The position numbers and the translations under genes are program-made. DNA of 64,000 bases from an uncultured Candidatus Binatia bacterium (GTDB lineage: Bacteria; Desulfobacterota; Binatia; UBA9968; JAJDTQ01). Each line of letters begins with the position of its first letter. Position 1 is the first letter of the stretch. This document shows, one piece after another, positions 21,359 to 30,708 of this stretch. The DNA lies in the NCBI GenBank assembly GCA_965213675.1, contig OZ243916.1, positions 1,248,001 through 1,312,000 of the forward strand, given 5' to 3'. The notes beneath the pieces were generated by a model. It ran no database searches and was not told the DNA's origin. It saw only the letters and a program-made list of their open reading frames with translations.

Positions 21359-21376
21359 GGTAAACCCCGCCGGGCC

Positions 21377-21790
21377 TCAGAAGATCCCGTTGGCCCGTTG
21401 CAAAGCGCGCACGTAGTCAACGACGGCCCTCACGTCCGCGTCCGAGAGACCTGGAACCGGCGGCATGTTGCCGAAACTCCAGTGGTGCGCTCGAACACCC
21501 CTTCTCACCGCCAGCACGAACGCCATGTCGGAGTGATGGCCCGGTTCGTAGTACACGTGAACCAGTGGCGGTCCCTGGGGTGAGCCGACCGCTTGCGCCC
21601 CGTGACACAGCGCGCACTTCTGATTGAAGATTGCCTCGCCGGGCATGGCCGCGGTGGACGCCGCCGGGACTTCGGACGCCGCCCGGTTGGCACCGGCTCG
21701 CCGGTGCGTGCCCGGATGGTCCGGCCACAGCGCCCATGCCGCCAGGACAACGGCCGCCATCGCGGTTGCCGCGACGGCGACCCGCCTCAC
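21377..21790 (-). CDS. Monoheme cytochrome c
   Basis: N-terminal TM/signal, CALCH, GPPL, HHWSFGNMPP. GTG start overlaps the upstream TGA. Confidence 0.85.
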   Translation of the reverse strand: MRRVAVAATAMAAVVLAAWALWPDHPGTHRRAGANRAASEVPAASTAAMPGEAIFNQKCALCHGAQAVGSPQGPPLVHVYYEPGHHSDMAFVLAVRRGVRAHHWSFGNMPPVPGLSDADVRAVVDYVRALQRANGIF

Positions 21791-22329
21791 TCGTTCTTCC
21801 CCAGCGTCACCAGCAGGCTCGCCAGGTCGTCGGCATGCTCCTCCTCCATTTTGAGGATGTCCTCGATGATCCGGCGCGTGGTGGGGTCGTCGTTGGCGAG
21901 CCAGCGGATGATCTCGGAGTAGGTCTCGATGGCCACGCGCTCGGCCACCAGGTCTTCCTTGATCATCTCCTCCAGGGTCTCCCCTTCCTGGTATTCGGCG
22001 TGGGAGCGTGTGGCCAGCCCTTCCGGGCTGAAGTTGGGCGAGCCGCCAAGTTGCGTGATGCGCTGGGCCACCCAGTCCGCGTGCATCTGCTCCTCGTTGG
22101 CGTGCTGCAGGAACTCCGCCGACACCGGCCCGGCGTTGATGCCGCTGGCCATGAAGTAATGGTTCTTGTAGCGCAGGATGCAGACGATCTCGGTGGCCAG
22201 CACCTCGTTCAGGACCGCCAACACCTGTTCCCGGTCGGCCAGATAAGCCCCGGTGATGGCCCCCTGCTCCATCTTCTCCCGCGCCCGCCTCTGGATCGCC
22301 TCAAGATCCGTCTTGAAAGGTTCTTTCAT
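21787..22329 (-). CDS. Ferritin-like protein, DpsL/bacterioferritin-related
   Basis: LATE...RY, EEQMHAD, RITQLGG, EDLVAERVAIETY, DPTTRR, EEEHADD ferroxidase ligands. Confidence 0.88.
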   Translation of the reverse strand: MKEPFKTDLEAIQRRAREKMEQGAITGAYLADREQVLAVLNEVLATEIVCILRYKNHYFMASGINAGPVSAEFLQHANEEQMHADWVAQRITQLGGSPNFSPEGLATRSHAEYQEGETLEEMIKEDLVAERVAIETYSEIIRWLANDDPTTRRIIEDILKMEEEHADDLASLLVTLGKNE

Positions 22330-22598
22330 GGGTCTGTCCTCATGTAACGCGCACATTGGTGTCGATTACCGGCATCACCGATATGACTCGGAACGTCTCA
22401 GGTACACGAGCATACACGGCGGAACTCCCGCTTCCCACCCTCTCCAAGCGCATTGTGGACCGCCTCACCGGGCTGCGGCAGGTGTGAGAACCAAAGTCTA
22501 CACAGTCGGACAGGAACGGCAAACCCAAGGGTACAAGCGAAGCGGAATCGGCGCCGACGTTGCGCAATTCTCCCGTTGCCGGATCTGGACAGCCACGG

Positions 22599-22844
22599 CT
22601 ATCGCAGGTCGAGCTCCCGCACGAGTTCCTCGACTCCGATGCCGTGATGCCGGGCGATGCTCTTCAGAATGCTTGACAGGGTCTTCGCCTTGATGGGATC
22701 GTGCAGCGGGATGACCTCATGGTGTTCGCCTTCCGTCTGTGTCGTGACCCGCACGTGGGAGCCCCGTTGCCGCACCTTCTCGTAGCCCATCCGACGAAGC
22801 GCGGCCAGGAGGGCGGCGCCGCTTACGTCGCGGGGGAGCTTCAC
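22599..22844 (-). CDS. hicA: HicA family toxin
   Basis: MKLPRDVSG, RQRGSH, IPLH..IK..TL..IL. Confidence 0.88.
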   Translation of the reverse strand: MKLPRDVSGAALLAALRRMGYEKVRQRGSHVRVTTQTEGEHHEVIPLHDPIKAKTLSSILKSIARHHGIGVEELVRELDLR

Positions 22845-23059
22845 GCCACCAGCACCTCGTCCCTCACGTAGTGTAACCGAATCAGGCGCGGCCGAGCCGT
22901 GTCGTCGTCGAAGTAGCAGTCCACCGCTTCCCTGACGTTACGGCGGAGTTCATCCAAAGTGTCGCCCTGCGTGTGGATGCCGACACCCAAGGCACTGGCC
23001 GAGTATCCTCCGTCCAGTTCGTCCTCGCTTACTTCGAAAATGATCTCTGTCCCCGACAT
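22841..23059 (-). CDS. hicB: Short HicB-like antitoxin with no DNA-binding domain
   Basis: GGYSASALG..IHTQGDTLDELRRNVREAV. Overlaps the hicA start. Confidence 0.75.
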   Translation of the reverse strand: MSGTEIIFEVSEDELDGGYSASALGVGIHTQGDTLDELRRNVREAVDCYFDDDTARPRLIRLHYVRDEVLVA

Positions 23060-23258
23060 CGCTCACTCCGGTTCTTTCTGCCCTCTTACCTGCAGGACTC
23101 GACGGGAATCCCCTGACAGCGGGCCAAGGTTCATCGTGTGCATGAACATCCGTGGACATACTGTCAATCCCGGTATTTCCTGTCAAACGTGGCGTTGAGG
23201 TGGTCCTGGTTTGTAGGACAGGAAGGCGGCGGAGATAAGGTGTATTCCAGACGATCGA

Positions 23259-24182
23259 TCATGCCGCCAAGGTCCCGTTTATCAGGTCTTCGTGTTCCGA
23301 AGGAACTGTCAGAGGGGCGGGCGGGGTGTGAGGTCCGGCCTGCCTCTGGAGTCCTCGTTCGTAGGCCTCCGCCGGGGTGGAGCCGGCGAGGGCGGAATGA
23401 GGTCTTTGGGTGTTGTAGAAGTGGAGCCAGTTGGCGATGGTCCTTTGGGCGGCGAAGCCGTCGGTCAGCTCGTGCAGGTAGACGGCCTCGTACTTGAGGG
23501 AGCGCCACAGGCGCTCGATGAAGATGTTGTCCATGCACCGGCCCCTGCCGTCCATGGAGATGGCGACGCCGGCGTCCTTGAGCACGGAGGTGAACTCCAG
23601 GCTGGTGAACTGGCTGCCCTGGTCGGTGTTGAAGATCTCGGGAGGACCGTAGCGTTCCAGAGCCTCTGAGAGGGCCTCGACACAGAAGCGGGCATCGAGG
23701 GTGTTGGACAGCCTCCAGGAGAGCACCCGGCGGGTGGCCCAGTCCATCACCGCCACCAGGTACAGGAAGCCACTCTGGACAGGGATATAGGTGATGTCGG
23801 AGGTCCACACGTGATTGGGCCGTTCGATGGCGACCCCCTTGAGCCGATAGGGATAGACCCGGTGCTCGGGGTGCGGTCGGGTGGTCCGCGGCACCTGGTA
23901 GATGGCCTGGAGCCCCATCAGGCGCATCAGACGCCGCACCCGGTGACGACCCACTCGGACTCGCTCCCGCCACAGATGGCGGACCATCTGGCGGCTGCCG
24001 TAGAAGGGGTACTCCAGGAACAGCTTGTCGATCCGGCGCATCAGCGCCAGATTCTCCGCGCTCTCGCCCTTGGGCCGGTGGTACACAGAGGATCGACTCA
24101 CTCGAAGCAGATGGCATTGACGGCTCAAGCTGAGCTTGGGATGGCCGGGCTCGATCATCGCCCGGCGCTTCTCCCGGCTCAC
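23259..24182 (-). CDS. IS3 transposase OrfB (DDE integrase core)
   Basis: WTSDITY, FNTDQGSQF, DNIFIERLWRSLKYE. Confidence 0.92.
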   Translation of the reverse strand: MSREKRRAMIEPGHPKLSLSRQCHLLRVSRSSVYHRPKGESAENLALMRRIDKLFLEYPFYGSRQMVRHLWRERVRVGRHRVRRLMRLMGLQAIYQVPRTTRPHPEHRVYPYRLKGVAIERPNHVWTSDITYIPVQSGFLYLVAVMDWATRRVLSWRLSNTLDARFCVEALSEALERYGPPEIFNTDQGSQFTSLEFTSVLKDAGVAISMDGRGRCMDNIFIERLWRSLKYEAVYLHELTDGFAAQRTIANWLHFYNTQRPHSALAGSTPAEAYERGLQRQAGPHTPPAPLTVPSEHEDLINGTLAA

Positions 24183-24460
24183 CACTTGAGCCCTTTGGCC
24201 AAAAAATCCCGCTCCACCGTCAACTCTCCGATCTTCGCGTGCAGGTCCCGGACCTCCCCCTCGTGGTCTCCTCGTGCCCGCTCGGCTCCCTTCGAGAACA
24301 CCTCCTTCATCCCCTCCACCGCACGCTGCTTCCACGTGCTCACTTGGTTCGGATGGACCTTGTGCCGCGACGCGAGCTCCTGGATCGTCTTGTCCCCGCG
24401 CAGTGCCTCCAGCGCTACCTTGGCCTTGAACTCTCCGGTAAATCGTCGCCGTGCTGTCAT
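24179..24460 (-). CDS. IS3 transposase OrfA (HTH)
   Basis: RRRFTGEFKAKVALEA...HPNQVSTWK...KIGELTVERDFL. GAAGGAGG RBS. Confidence 0.9.
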   Translation of the reverse strand: MTARRRFTGEFKAKVALEALRGDKTIQELASRHKVHPNQVSTWKQRAVEGMKEVFSKGAERARGDHEGEVRDLHAKIGELTVERDFLAKGLKW

Positions 24461-24492
24461 CGGTATCCCTCCTTCGGTCCGTGGAATACACA

Positions 24493-27400
24493 TTAGCGAC
24501 CTGTCCGATTTTCCGGGACCACCTCAGACAGGGCGGTCTTCACGTCAAGAAGGTGGGACTCAACGAAAGTTACGGTACAGGACGTTCCGTCCATTTCTAT
24601 TGAAACGACTTTCTCCTTCACCTCCTCTATCGCCCAGATAAACTCCTTCAGATAATCTCCGTCCCCCTTCACCAATACCTTGTACTTCGCGGCGCACAGC
24701 GGGCACAACGCCAAGTACATACAGTGTTCCTCTATAGGGAACTTGTCCGCTATCTGGACGGCTTCAAAGTAATACTCGCCCGTTCGGGGAAGTTTGAAGG
24801 GCATAGCCTCACAGCACATCTGGCAAACCGTGGTGCCCTCTGAATTCGTGTACATCTCGCGAAGCCATGCGTCCGCCGGGACTTCCGGTTTGGAAGTACG
24901 AACAGAGCGCTTTCGTTTGTCGTAAGTCTTGGGGTCTGCCTTTTTCACGCGTTCACTGACCCGACCAACTCGGCGCCCTCTATGAGGAACCGGCCGCTCG
25001 GGAAAAGGGGGCTGACTTGTGGATCCCGTACCGCAACTGCCCAACAATGTCTTGATGAGTTCTGGCGTCAGGACCTCCTTGTTGTTGACGAGGAGGACGG
25101 CGACCTCAGGAGAGAATCCTGCCTTGGCAAGAAGGTTCTGTTCACTCTCGAGCGTCTCCTCGGCTACTTTCACGGGATCGGGACGGACGCCAAGAACTTC
25201 CGCAAGGTCTTCATTCCGTCTCAATTCCCCGGCCAGATCGGCAAGTGTACACTCGGAAGGCTTCTTGAACCCGCCACTCCGTACAGGAATCCAGGCATGA
25301 CGCTTCAGCATCTTGCCGACGACGGAATCGCCTTCACAGGTGGTTGCGTTATCGTAGTTTCGGTGTGTTGCCTTCTGGTAACGGCCGTGGAGGGATCGTA
25401 TGAGGGGAGGCAACAGCTCGTTCCAAATGTATGCGGCCCGTGGAGACGTGATGTTGGTAAGAGCATGGTCGAGGCCAGCCACAGTTGTTTCCGGGTCAAA
25501 GCCGTCGTAACCGCGCTCGTGACAACCGTGCCAGGAACGCAGGGTCACCCAACGATCGCGCTCCCCAACGGACCCCCGAAAGCGAATGACTGGCTTGCTG
25601 CCTACACAGAGTTTCTTCCAGTTGACTCCCTCTTCTTGTTCAGCCAGGAATGCCACTTCCTCGTTACCTTCAAAGAAAACCCGTAACTCAGAAGATGGGA
25701 AAAACAGTTTAGTAGGTGCTTCGTAGAATTCTTTCCCAGTTTTTGCGTTGGTGGCCAGAGCCCAGGTAGTCGCCTTCAGCGCCGACAACATCGCGGCATA
25801 GCGCGGCGAATCTTCTGCGCGCATGGCATCGGCGATCACTCCAACATGTTCCTTATGGGCTGCGTCCTCGACATCTTTCCGGTAAAGCGGCATGATTTCA
25901 TCGAGAACACGGGTGCAGATGTCGGGTTCGACCAACCCGAGTCGACACATAAATTTCGCTGCCTCTTCCACGGCATAGATAGACCTGTGCACGACATCAC
26001 AGTTGGTCTTTGACTCTATCGGGAGAAAGACACGAGGATTCCCGGCGCTATCAAACGGCGAACGCTGTCGTCCGTCCTGGCACCGAATAATCGCCTTCTT
26101 GCGGAGCGATCCTTCGGGCGCGTCCCTCCTCCAAAGGGCCTCTTGCCCGTTCAGAAACGCATAGAAGCGGGCCATCCATTTCTCATCCTGCTCTCCCAGG
26201 AAGCCGCCCGTGATCTGCCGTGCAAACGCGTCACCGTCGAGGAAAGGAACATGGCATTCGTCCCGCAAGTATTGCCAGACTTCGCGGAGAGAGTTCTCCG
26301 TGACGTCGGCGTCAACCCAATACCTGGTCTCAGCGGAATTACCGAGAACCTCCGTCAGAAGGACCGGAGACAGCAGATTCCGTAGTTTTGACGAACGGCT
26401 CAAAACCGCCTGGTCCGCTCTCATGTGCCCACCACCCTCACGCGGTATTACGCTTTGAGTCTGGAAAGCTTCGAGAACAGCCTCGTAGATTGGTCGAAAT
26501 GGCGACCCTTCCGGGAAGCTCTCGGGGTCGGTCGGTAGCACGGTTAGGAATTGCGGCGTCAAAAAGCCACGCTGTTTGCAGACGTCCAGACTATCAGAAA
26601 CCAGAGTTGCAAGTTCACGTAAGAGCCGGGTGTTCCAAGCCGAGTCAGTTTCGATGTTGTCACGGGCAGGTGTGGAGGCGAAGGGCCCGTGTATCAGAAA
26701 ACCGAGGCCCGTCTCCTTCGCGGTTGAAAAGAATGCAGTCAGTAGCGAAGGGCGAAGATTGACGATGGATCCACCAACTTCGTCCCGCTCTATACGGTAC
26801 GCCACTTTGACCGGGAGATGTTCGCCAAGATCAGGGTGATTCACATCTCGATGCGCAACTAGCCACTCCTCCTCAGTGTCGTCCTGGTTGGTACCCTCTC
26901 CCATGATCTGGACGAGGGTACCGCCGTCCTCCCTCGTCTGGTGGTCCTGCATGTAGAATCCGCGTCCACCTCCTTCAACAATCCAGCGAAGTCCATCAAC
27001 GTGATTTAGGAAGAGAAGCGCCCTCGGACCGAGAGACTTGAGTTTGCTCTGGATAAGATTAAAAGCAGCGGATGCATCAAATTCAGGGTGGTCGAAAGGG
27101 AAATAAAACAAGGTTTGTGAGGCATCTTCAAGGAGACGGGGTTTCACGGTGTGAGCGCGGATGAAATGCGTGATGGCGAAATGCTCGTCGCCAGAATGAA
27201 TCTCAGGCGACCGCGTGAAAGCATAGACGGATTTGAAACCAATGCCGAACGTCCCGATTTGGTCCAGACGTTCATTCTTCGTACCGCGAAGAACATCGCA
27301 AACACCTTTCACGTCGTCTTTATCGAAAGGCTTCCCGTAATGGCTCACTTCTAGGTGGTCGATGCATAGGCGGAAAAGAACCTCGCCGCAGAAGTCTACG

Positions 27401-27576
27401 TCTGGCTCCCTCTGGCGACGCAAAGCAAGGGCGTCCTCCGCGTTCTGTAGCAGCTCATAGATAAAGTGTGCGCGGTCCCCGTAGAGTTTTTCGGCGAAAA
27501 GATTGCCGATGTCGTCGAACTCTTCCCCGCGCCGACGGATATTCTCACGAGTAATCGCTTCGTAGTCGCTTGACAT
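24493..27576 (-). CDS. Sacsin/NO VEIN-like GHKL ATPase with a C-terminal HNH-like Zn domain; the last ~10 codons are supplied by IS3-a
   Basis: YELLQNAEDA (N-box), HYGKPF, IGTFGIGFKSVY (G2), GLGFLIHGPF...RDNI. C-terminal CQMC...GEYYFEAVQI...LALCPLC. Confidence 0.8.
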   Translation of the reverse strand: MSSDYEAITRENIRRRGEEFDDIGNLFAEKLYGDRAHFIYELLQNAEDALALRRQREPDVDFCGEVLFRLCIDHLEVSHYGKPFDKDDVKGVCDVLRGTKNERLDQIGTFGIGFKSVYAFTRSPEIHSGDEHFAITHFIRAHTVKPRLLEDASQTLFYFPFDHPEFDASAAFNLIQSKLKSLGPRALLFLNHVDGLRWIVEGGGRGFYMQDHQTREDGGTLVQIMGEGTNQDDTEEEWLVAHRDVNHPDLGEHLPVKVAYRIERDEVGGSIVNLRPSLLTAFFSTAKETGLGFLIHGPFASTPARDNIETDSAWNTRLLRELATLVSDSLDVCKQRGFLTPQFLTVLPTDPESFPEGSPFRPIYEAVLEAFQTQSVIPREGGGHMRADQAVLSRSSKLRNLLSPVLLTEVLGNSAETRYWVDADVTENSLREVWQYLRDECHVPFLDGDAFARQITGGFLGEQDEKWMARFYAFLNGQEALWRRDAPEGSLRKKAIIRCQDGRQRSPFDSAGNPRVFLPIESKTNCDVVHRSIYAVEEAAKFMCRLGLVEPDICTRVLDEIMPLYRKDVEDAAHKEHVGVIADAMRAEDSPRYAAMLSALKATTWALATNAKTGKEFYEAPTKLFFPSSELRVFFEGNEEVAFLAEQEEGVNWKKLCVGSKPVIRFRGSVGERDRWVTLRSWHGCHERGYDGFDPETTVAGLDHALTNITSPRAAYIWNELLPPLIRSLHGRYQKATHRNYDNATTCEGDSVVGKMLKRHAWIPVRSGGFKKPSECTLADLAGELRRNEDLAEVLGVRPDPVKVAEETLESEQNLLAKAGFSPEVAVLLVNNKEVLTPELIKTLLGSCGTGSTSQPPFPERPVPHRGRRVGRVSERVKKADPKTYDKRKRSVRTSKPEVPADAWLREMYTNSEGTTVCQMCCEAMPFKLPRTGEYYFEAVQIADKFPIEEHCMYLALCPLCAAKYKVLVKGDGDYLKEFIWAIEEVKEKVVSIEMDGTSCTVTFVESHLLDVKTALSEVVPENRTGR

Positions 27577-27579
27577 GGT

Positions 27580-30500
27580 TTACGTGTTCACGCGGATGAT
27601 TCCCCAAGCTACCGGCTTAGCCGTGATGTCGGCCTTGCTGGTAGCATCGTCTATTTCCTTGGATCGCCGTTGGTAGTCGGCTCGGGCGTTCGTCTGTTGA
27701 GCCGCCTTCATGATTCGGATGCGGTCGTTCGCCCCTTGGGCAAGCTGCGATTCGAGGATGGCCATGCGGGCTTTGTGGCTTGTCTCAAGGCTCCCGCGCC
27801 GGAAATCGGCTAGTCGATTGGTGTCTTCAACATGCTCGGCGCGGGCATCGGACCACAACCGGTAGTGCTCCTCCTCGATCCTGTTCCGGTCATTTGCAGA
27901 TAGACCCCCAACAGGTAGCGTGCATTCCTTGGCACCCGGCAAGAGCTGCGTAAACTGGGCCGTCAATTCGGTCTGCGTAGTCACCGGTTGAAAGTCGACA
28001 TCGTTGCGAATGCCGTGAAACTGCCACTGGTAAACAGCAAATGGATAATCACCCGGAACAACCTTGGGGGCTGAAACCTCGATGGCGGTCAATGGGCGTC
28101 CCCGGCCCACGGCTCCCAACGCGTGAGCGGCCTGACGCGCTAGTGGATGGACCGGAGTAATCAGGGTCACGCTTCTATCACCCTTCGCGCAAGCCGAATC
28201 GTAAGTCACCGAGAGATTGGGCTCCGTTCCCTTCAGCCACATTTCCCAATCCCTCGCGACGGTGGCGGTGCGGCTTGTTAGCTTGCCGAAGTCAGCCAGC
28301 AGCGAATCCCGCCCCGATCTGGAAACGCGCAGGGTCTTCTTCGGCCCTTTGCCGAGGACCGGGGTCCCTTCTTTTCCCGTGACGGATTTCAGATAGTGCG
28401 TGACGAGCCGGTCGATAGAGTCTGGGGTCAACCAGTAACTTGTAGCGTCATCCACATCTTGCTGGAACTGATCCACGGGTGGCCGTAAACCGAACAGCTC
28501 CGTCTGACGGTTCTCTAGTTCCCGCTGTTCGTTGACTAGGCGGATGCTGTTGTCCGTTAGCTGGTCGAGCTTGGCTTGCCGTTCTTCCTCGGTAAGCGTT
28601 AGGTTCTCACCGACGCTCGTGAGTTCCCGCGTGACTTCACCGAGGATTACCTCGTTTGCTCCCAAGGCACGTTCAAAGACGCCGATTCGGAGAAGACACC
28701 GCTCGTAGATTTCAGCGTCAATTGTGCCAGGCGTTATCAAGTTGTAGACAGCAACGGCTGCACTCGCCTGACCCCACCGGTCGATGCGCCCGATGCGTTG
28801 GTCGATGCGCATAGGGTTCCAGGGAAGATCGTAGTTCACAATGCAGTCGCAGAACTGGTAGTCAAGACCCTCACATCCCACTTCGGAGAAAAGAAGGACA
28901 TCGAGAGCATCGGGGGCCATTTGATCCTTTTCGAAGCGCGCGCGGAATGCAATACGTCCATCATCCTCGACGCCTCCATGAATGAGCCCTACCCGGCATC
29001 CAGCTTCTCGGAGGGCCTCATAGAGATAGGCTAGGGTGTGGCGGAAGGTGCTGAACAACATGACCTTGTTGTTGGTGAGTGCTTTCTTCTGTTCTAACAC
29101 TCTTCGTAGAGCCTGGAACTTAGGGTCCCCGACCGTATCGGGCGGTAGTTTCTCAGCCAAGGCGAGCGCATCGTTCACTAGGTCTTTAATCTTCGAGACG
29201 GCATCGTCAGCACCTACTGGTGCCCCCTCAGCGTCCGCCAACTCGTCCCATTCCAGCCCTCCGATTCTCCGGGTAAGGATGTCACGGAGAAGCGGAGCCA
29301 GACCGTGGATACAGCTGGCGGCCTGTCGGCGTATCGTGGTCAACAGGAAGTTCACCGACCGGTCACCGTGGATGGCCGCATAGATCGCGGCCTGAGCGGC
29401 CAGCACCGCGTCATGTAGTTCGCGTTGGGCTGGTGTGAAGTCTATGGTCACCGTTTCGGGCTTGCGCTGGGTGAACTCGCCGATATCGCGGCGCAGCGTC
29501 CGGTTCATTAGCCCGGACAACGTGTGCAGCTGTTCGATCTCGCGTATAGCCTGAACTCGTCCAGACCGCTCGTCGCCGAAGTCACCTAGCGCGTCGCACA
29601 GGTTCTGAAAACGCGGGTTCTCTCGTAGGACGGTCTTCCCCCACGGAGTCTCGGCGGCACGGCCTAATGCATCTTGTGACTTGCCAACCCAACCCGGCTC
29701 TCCGGCTCGGGCAACGAGTGCAGCTTCATTGATGTGCGCATTAGGTTCCACCATTGCCGTGTAACCGGCATGATCGATGACAACATCAGGGCGAAGGGCG
29801 TTAAGAAGCACATACAGGTCATGTTCACCCAGTTGTATGGGGGTAGCCGTAAGGAAAAGAACGGCTTCGGCGTTATCGCAAAAAAAGCGGACCGCTTGAT
29901 GGCGCTGAGTCTCTGCGTTACGGATGTGGTGTGCCTCATCGACGATGACCAAATCGAACTGCGGCGGCGGGTCCAAGTCGAGAAGCCCCTTCGCCGTACC
30001 TCGCCCATGCAGGAACTCCTCCGTGAGAAGTGAAAACGGCAAAATTGCCTTCTCGTACTGCTGGGGCCATTCGCCGTCGAGATCCGTTTCCGAAATGCAG
30101 TATCGCAACTTCGGGCCGTCGAGATGCACGAAGCTCTCGTCGAACCGCTTCATCTCAAGGCGCCACTTCTGCTCCGTCATGAGCGGGCGAGGACAGATTA
30201 TTAGGACACGGCGCATGTCACGACGCGCTTGCAACTCCCGCAGAATCAGACCGGCTTCAATCGTCTTCCCTACACCAACGCTGTCGGCAATCAGCAACCG
30301 GGGCCGGTCGGTTTGGATAAACTTCAGAACGGGACGGAACTGGTAAGGAATGCAGTCAATTCGCGCTGCGTGGAGTGAATAGAGTGTCGACACACTCGGA
30401 TGGAGGAGCTGTAACGCGGTCAGACACGCATGGAATTCCGCAAGCGGGACGACCGAATCCGTCTCCGACGTTGCTCTTGCAAGCTCAAGCTGGCTTTCGT

Positions 30501-30708
30501 AGAAGGAGGCAACATTTCCGTCGGTGAAGACCTGATAGCGCGTTTCCTGCCCCACGGGATGGACGTGTGTAACGACACCGGACTGCTCGGGATCTGCACG
30601 GAGTCTCACTACATCTCCAGGAGAGAACCGTGCCGATGTACTCTGCGATAGTTCAGGCTCTCGCGGGTCCACCCGTGCAGTGAAGATCTGCCTCTTTTCG
30701 CCAGCCAT
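27580..30708 (-). CDS. SNF2/RapA-like helicase (SF2)
   Basis: LIADSVGVGKTIEAG, DEAHH, LTATP, EGLDYQ, NYDLPWNPMRIDQRIGRIDRWGQ. Tudor-like N-terminus. The exact start is uncertain. Confidence 0.92.
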   Translation of the reverse strand: MAGEKRQIFTARVDPREPELSQSTSARFSPGDVVRLRADPEQSGVVTHVHPVGQETRYQVFTDGNVASFYESQLELARATSETDSVVPLAEFHACLTALQLLHPSVSTLYSLHAARIDCIPYQFRPVLKFIQTDRPRLLIADSVGVGKTIEAGLILRELQARRDMRRVLIICPRPLMTEQKWRLEMKRFDESFVHLDGPKLRYCISETDLDGEWPQQYEKAILPFSLLTEEFLHGRGTAKGLLDLDPPPQFDLVIVDEAHHIRNAETQRHQAVRFFCDNAEAVLFLTATPIQLGEHDLYVLLNALRPDVVIDHAGYTAMVEPNAHINEAALVARAGEPGWVGKSQDALGRAAETPWGKTVLRENPRFQNLCDALGDFGDERSGRVQAIREIEQLHTLSGLMNRTLRRDIGEFTQRKPETVTIDFTPAQRELHDAVLAAQAAIYAAIHGDRSVNFLLTTIRRQAASCIHGLAPLLRDILTRRIGGLEWDELADAEGAPVGADDAVSKIKDLVNDALALAEKLPPDTVGDPKFQALRRVLEQKKALTNNKVMLFSTFRHTLAYLYEALREAGCRVGLIHGGVEDDGRIAFRARFEKDQMAPDALDVLLFSEVGCEGLDYQFCDCIVNYDLPWNPMRIDQRIGRIDRWGQASAAVAVYNLITPGTIDAEIYERCLLRIGVFERALGANEVILGEVTRELTSVGENLTLTEEERQAKLDQLTDNSIRLVNEQRELENRQTELFGLRPPVDQFQQDVDDATSYWLTPDSIDRLVTHYLKSVTGKEGTPVLGKGPKKTLRVSRSGRDSLLADFGKLTSRTATVARDWEMWLKGTEPNLSVTYDSACAKGDRSVTLITPVHPLARQAAHALGAVGRGRPLTAIEVSAPKVVPGDYPFAVYQWQFHGIRNDVDFQPVTTQTELTAQFTQLLPGAKECTLPVGGLSANDRNRIEEEHYRLWSDARAEHVEDTNRLADFRRGSLETSHKARMAILESQLAQGANDRIRIMKAAQQTNARADYQRRSKEIDDATSKADITAKPVAWGIIRVNT

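Larger units (their letters stand above)
23196..24526 (-). mobile_element. IS3-family insertion sequence (IS3-a, 1331 bp)
   Basis: Inverted ends TGAGGTGGTCCTGGTTTGTAGGACA / TGAGGTGGTCCCGGAAAATCGGACA; orfA and orfB joined by a T TTT TTG slippery site. No target duplication (flanks GGCGT and GACAG). Confidence 0.92.

Noticed and set aside
24493-30708. Calling the SNF2 locus DISARM, Zorya or BREX
   Set aside because: No methyltransferase, DrmA/B/C, ZorA/B or PglZ gene is in the window.
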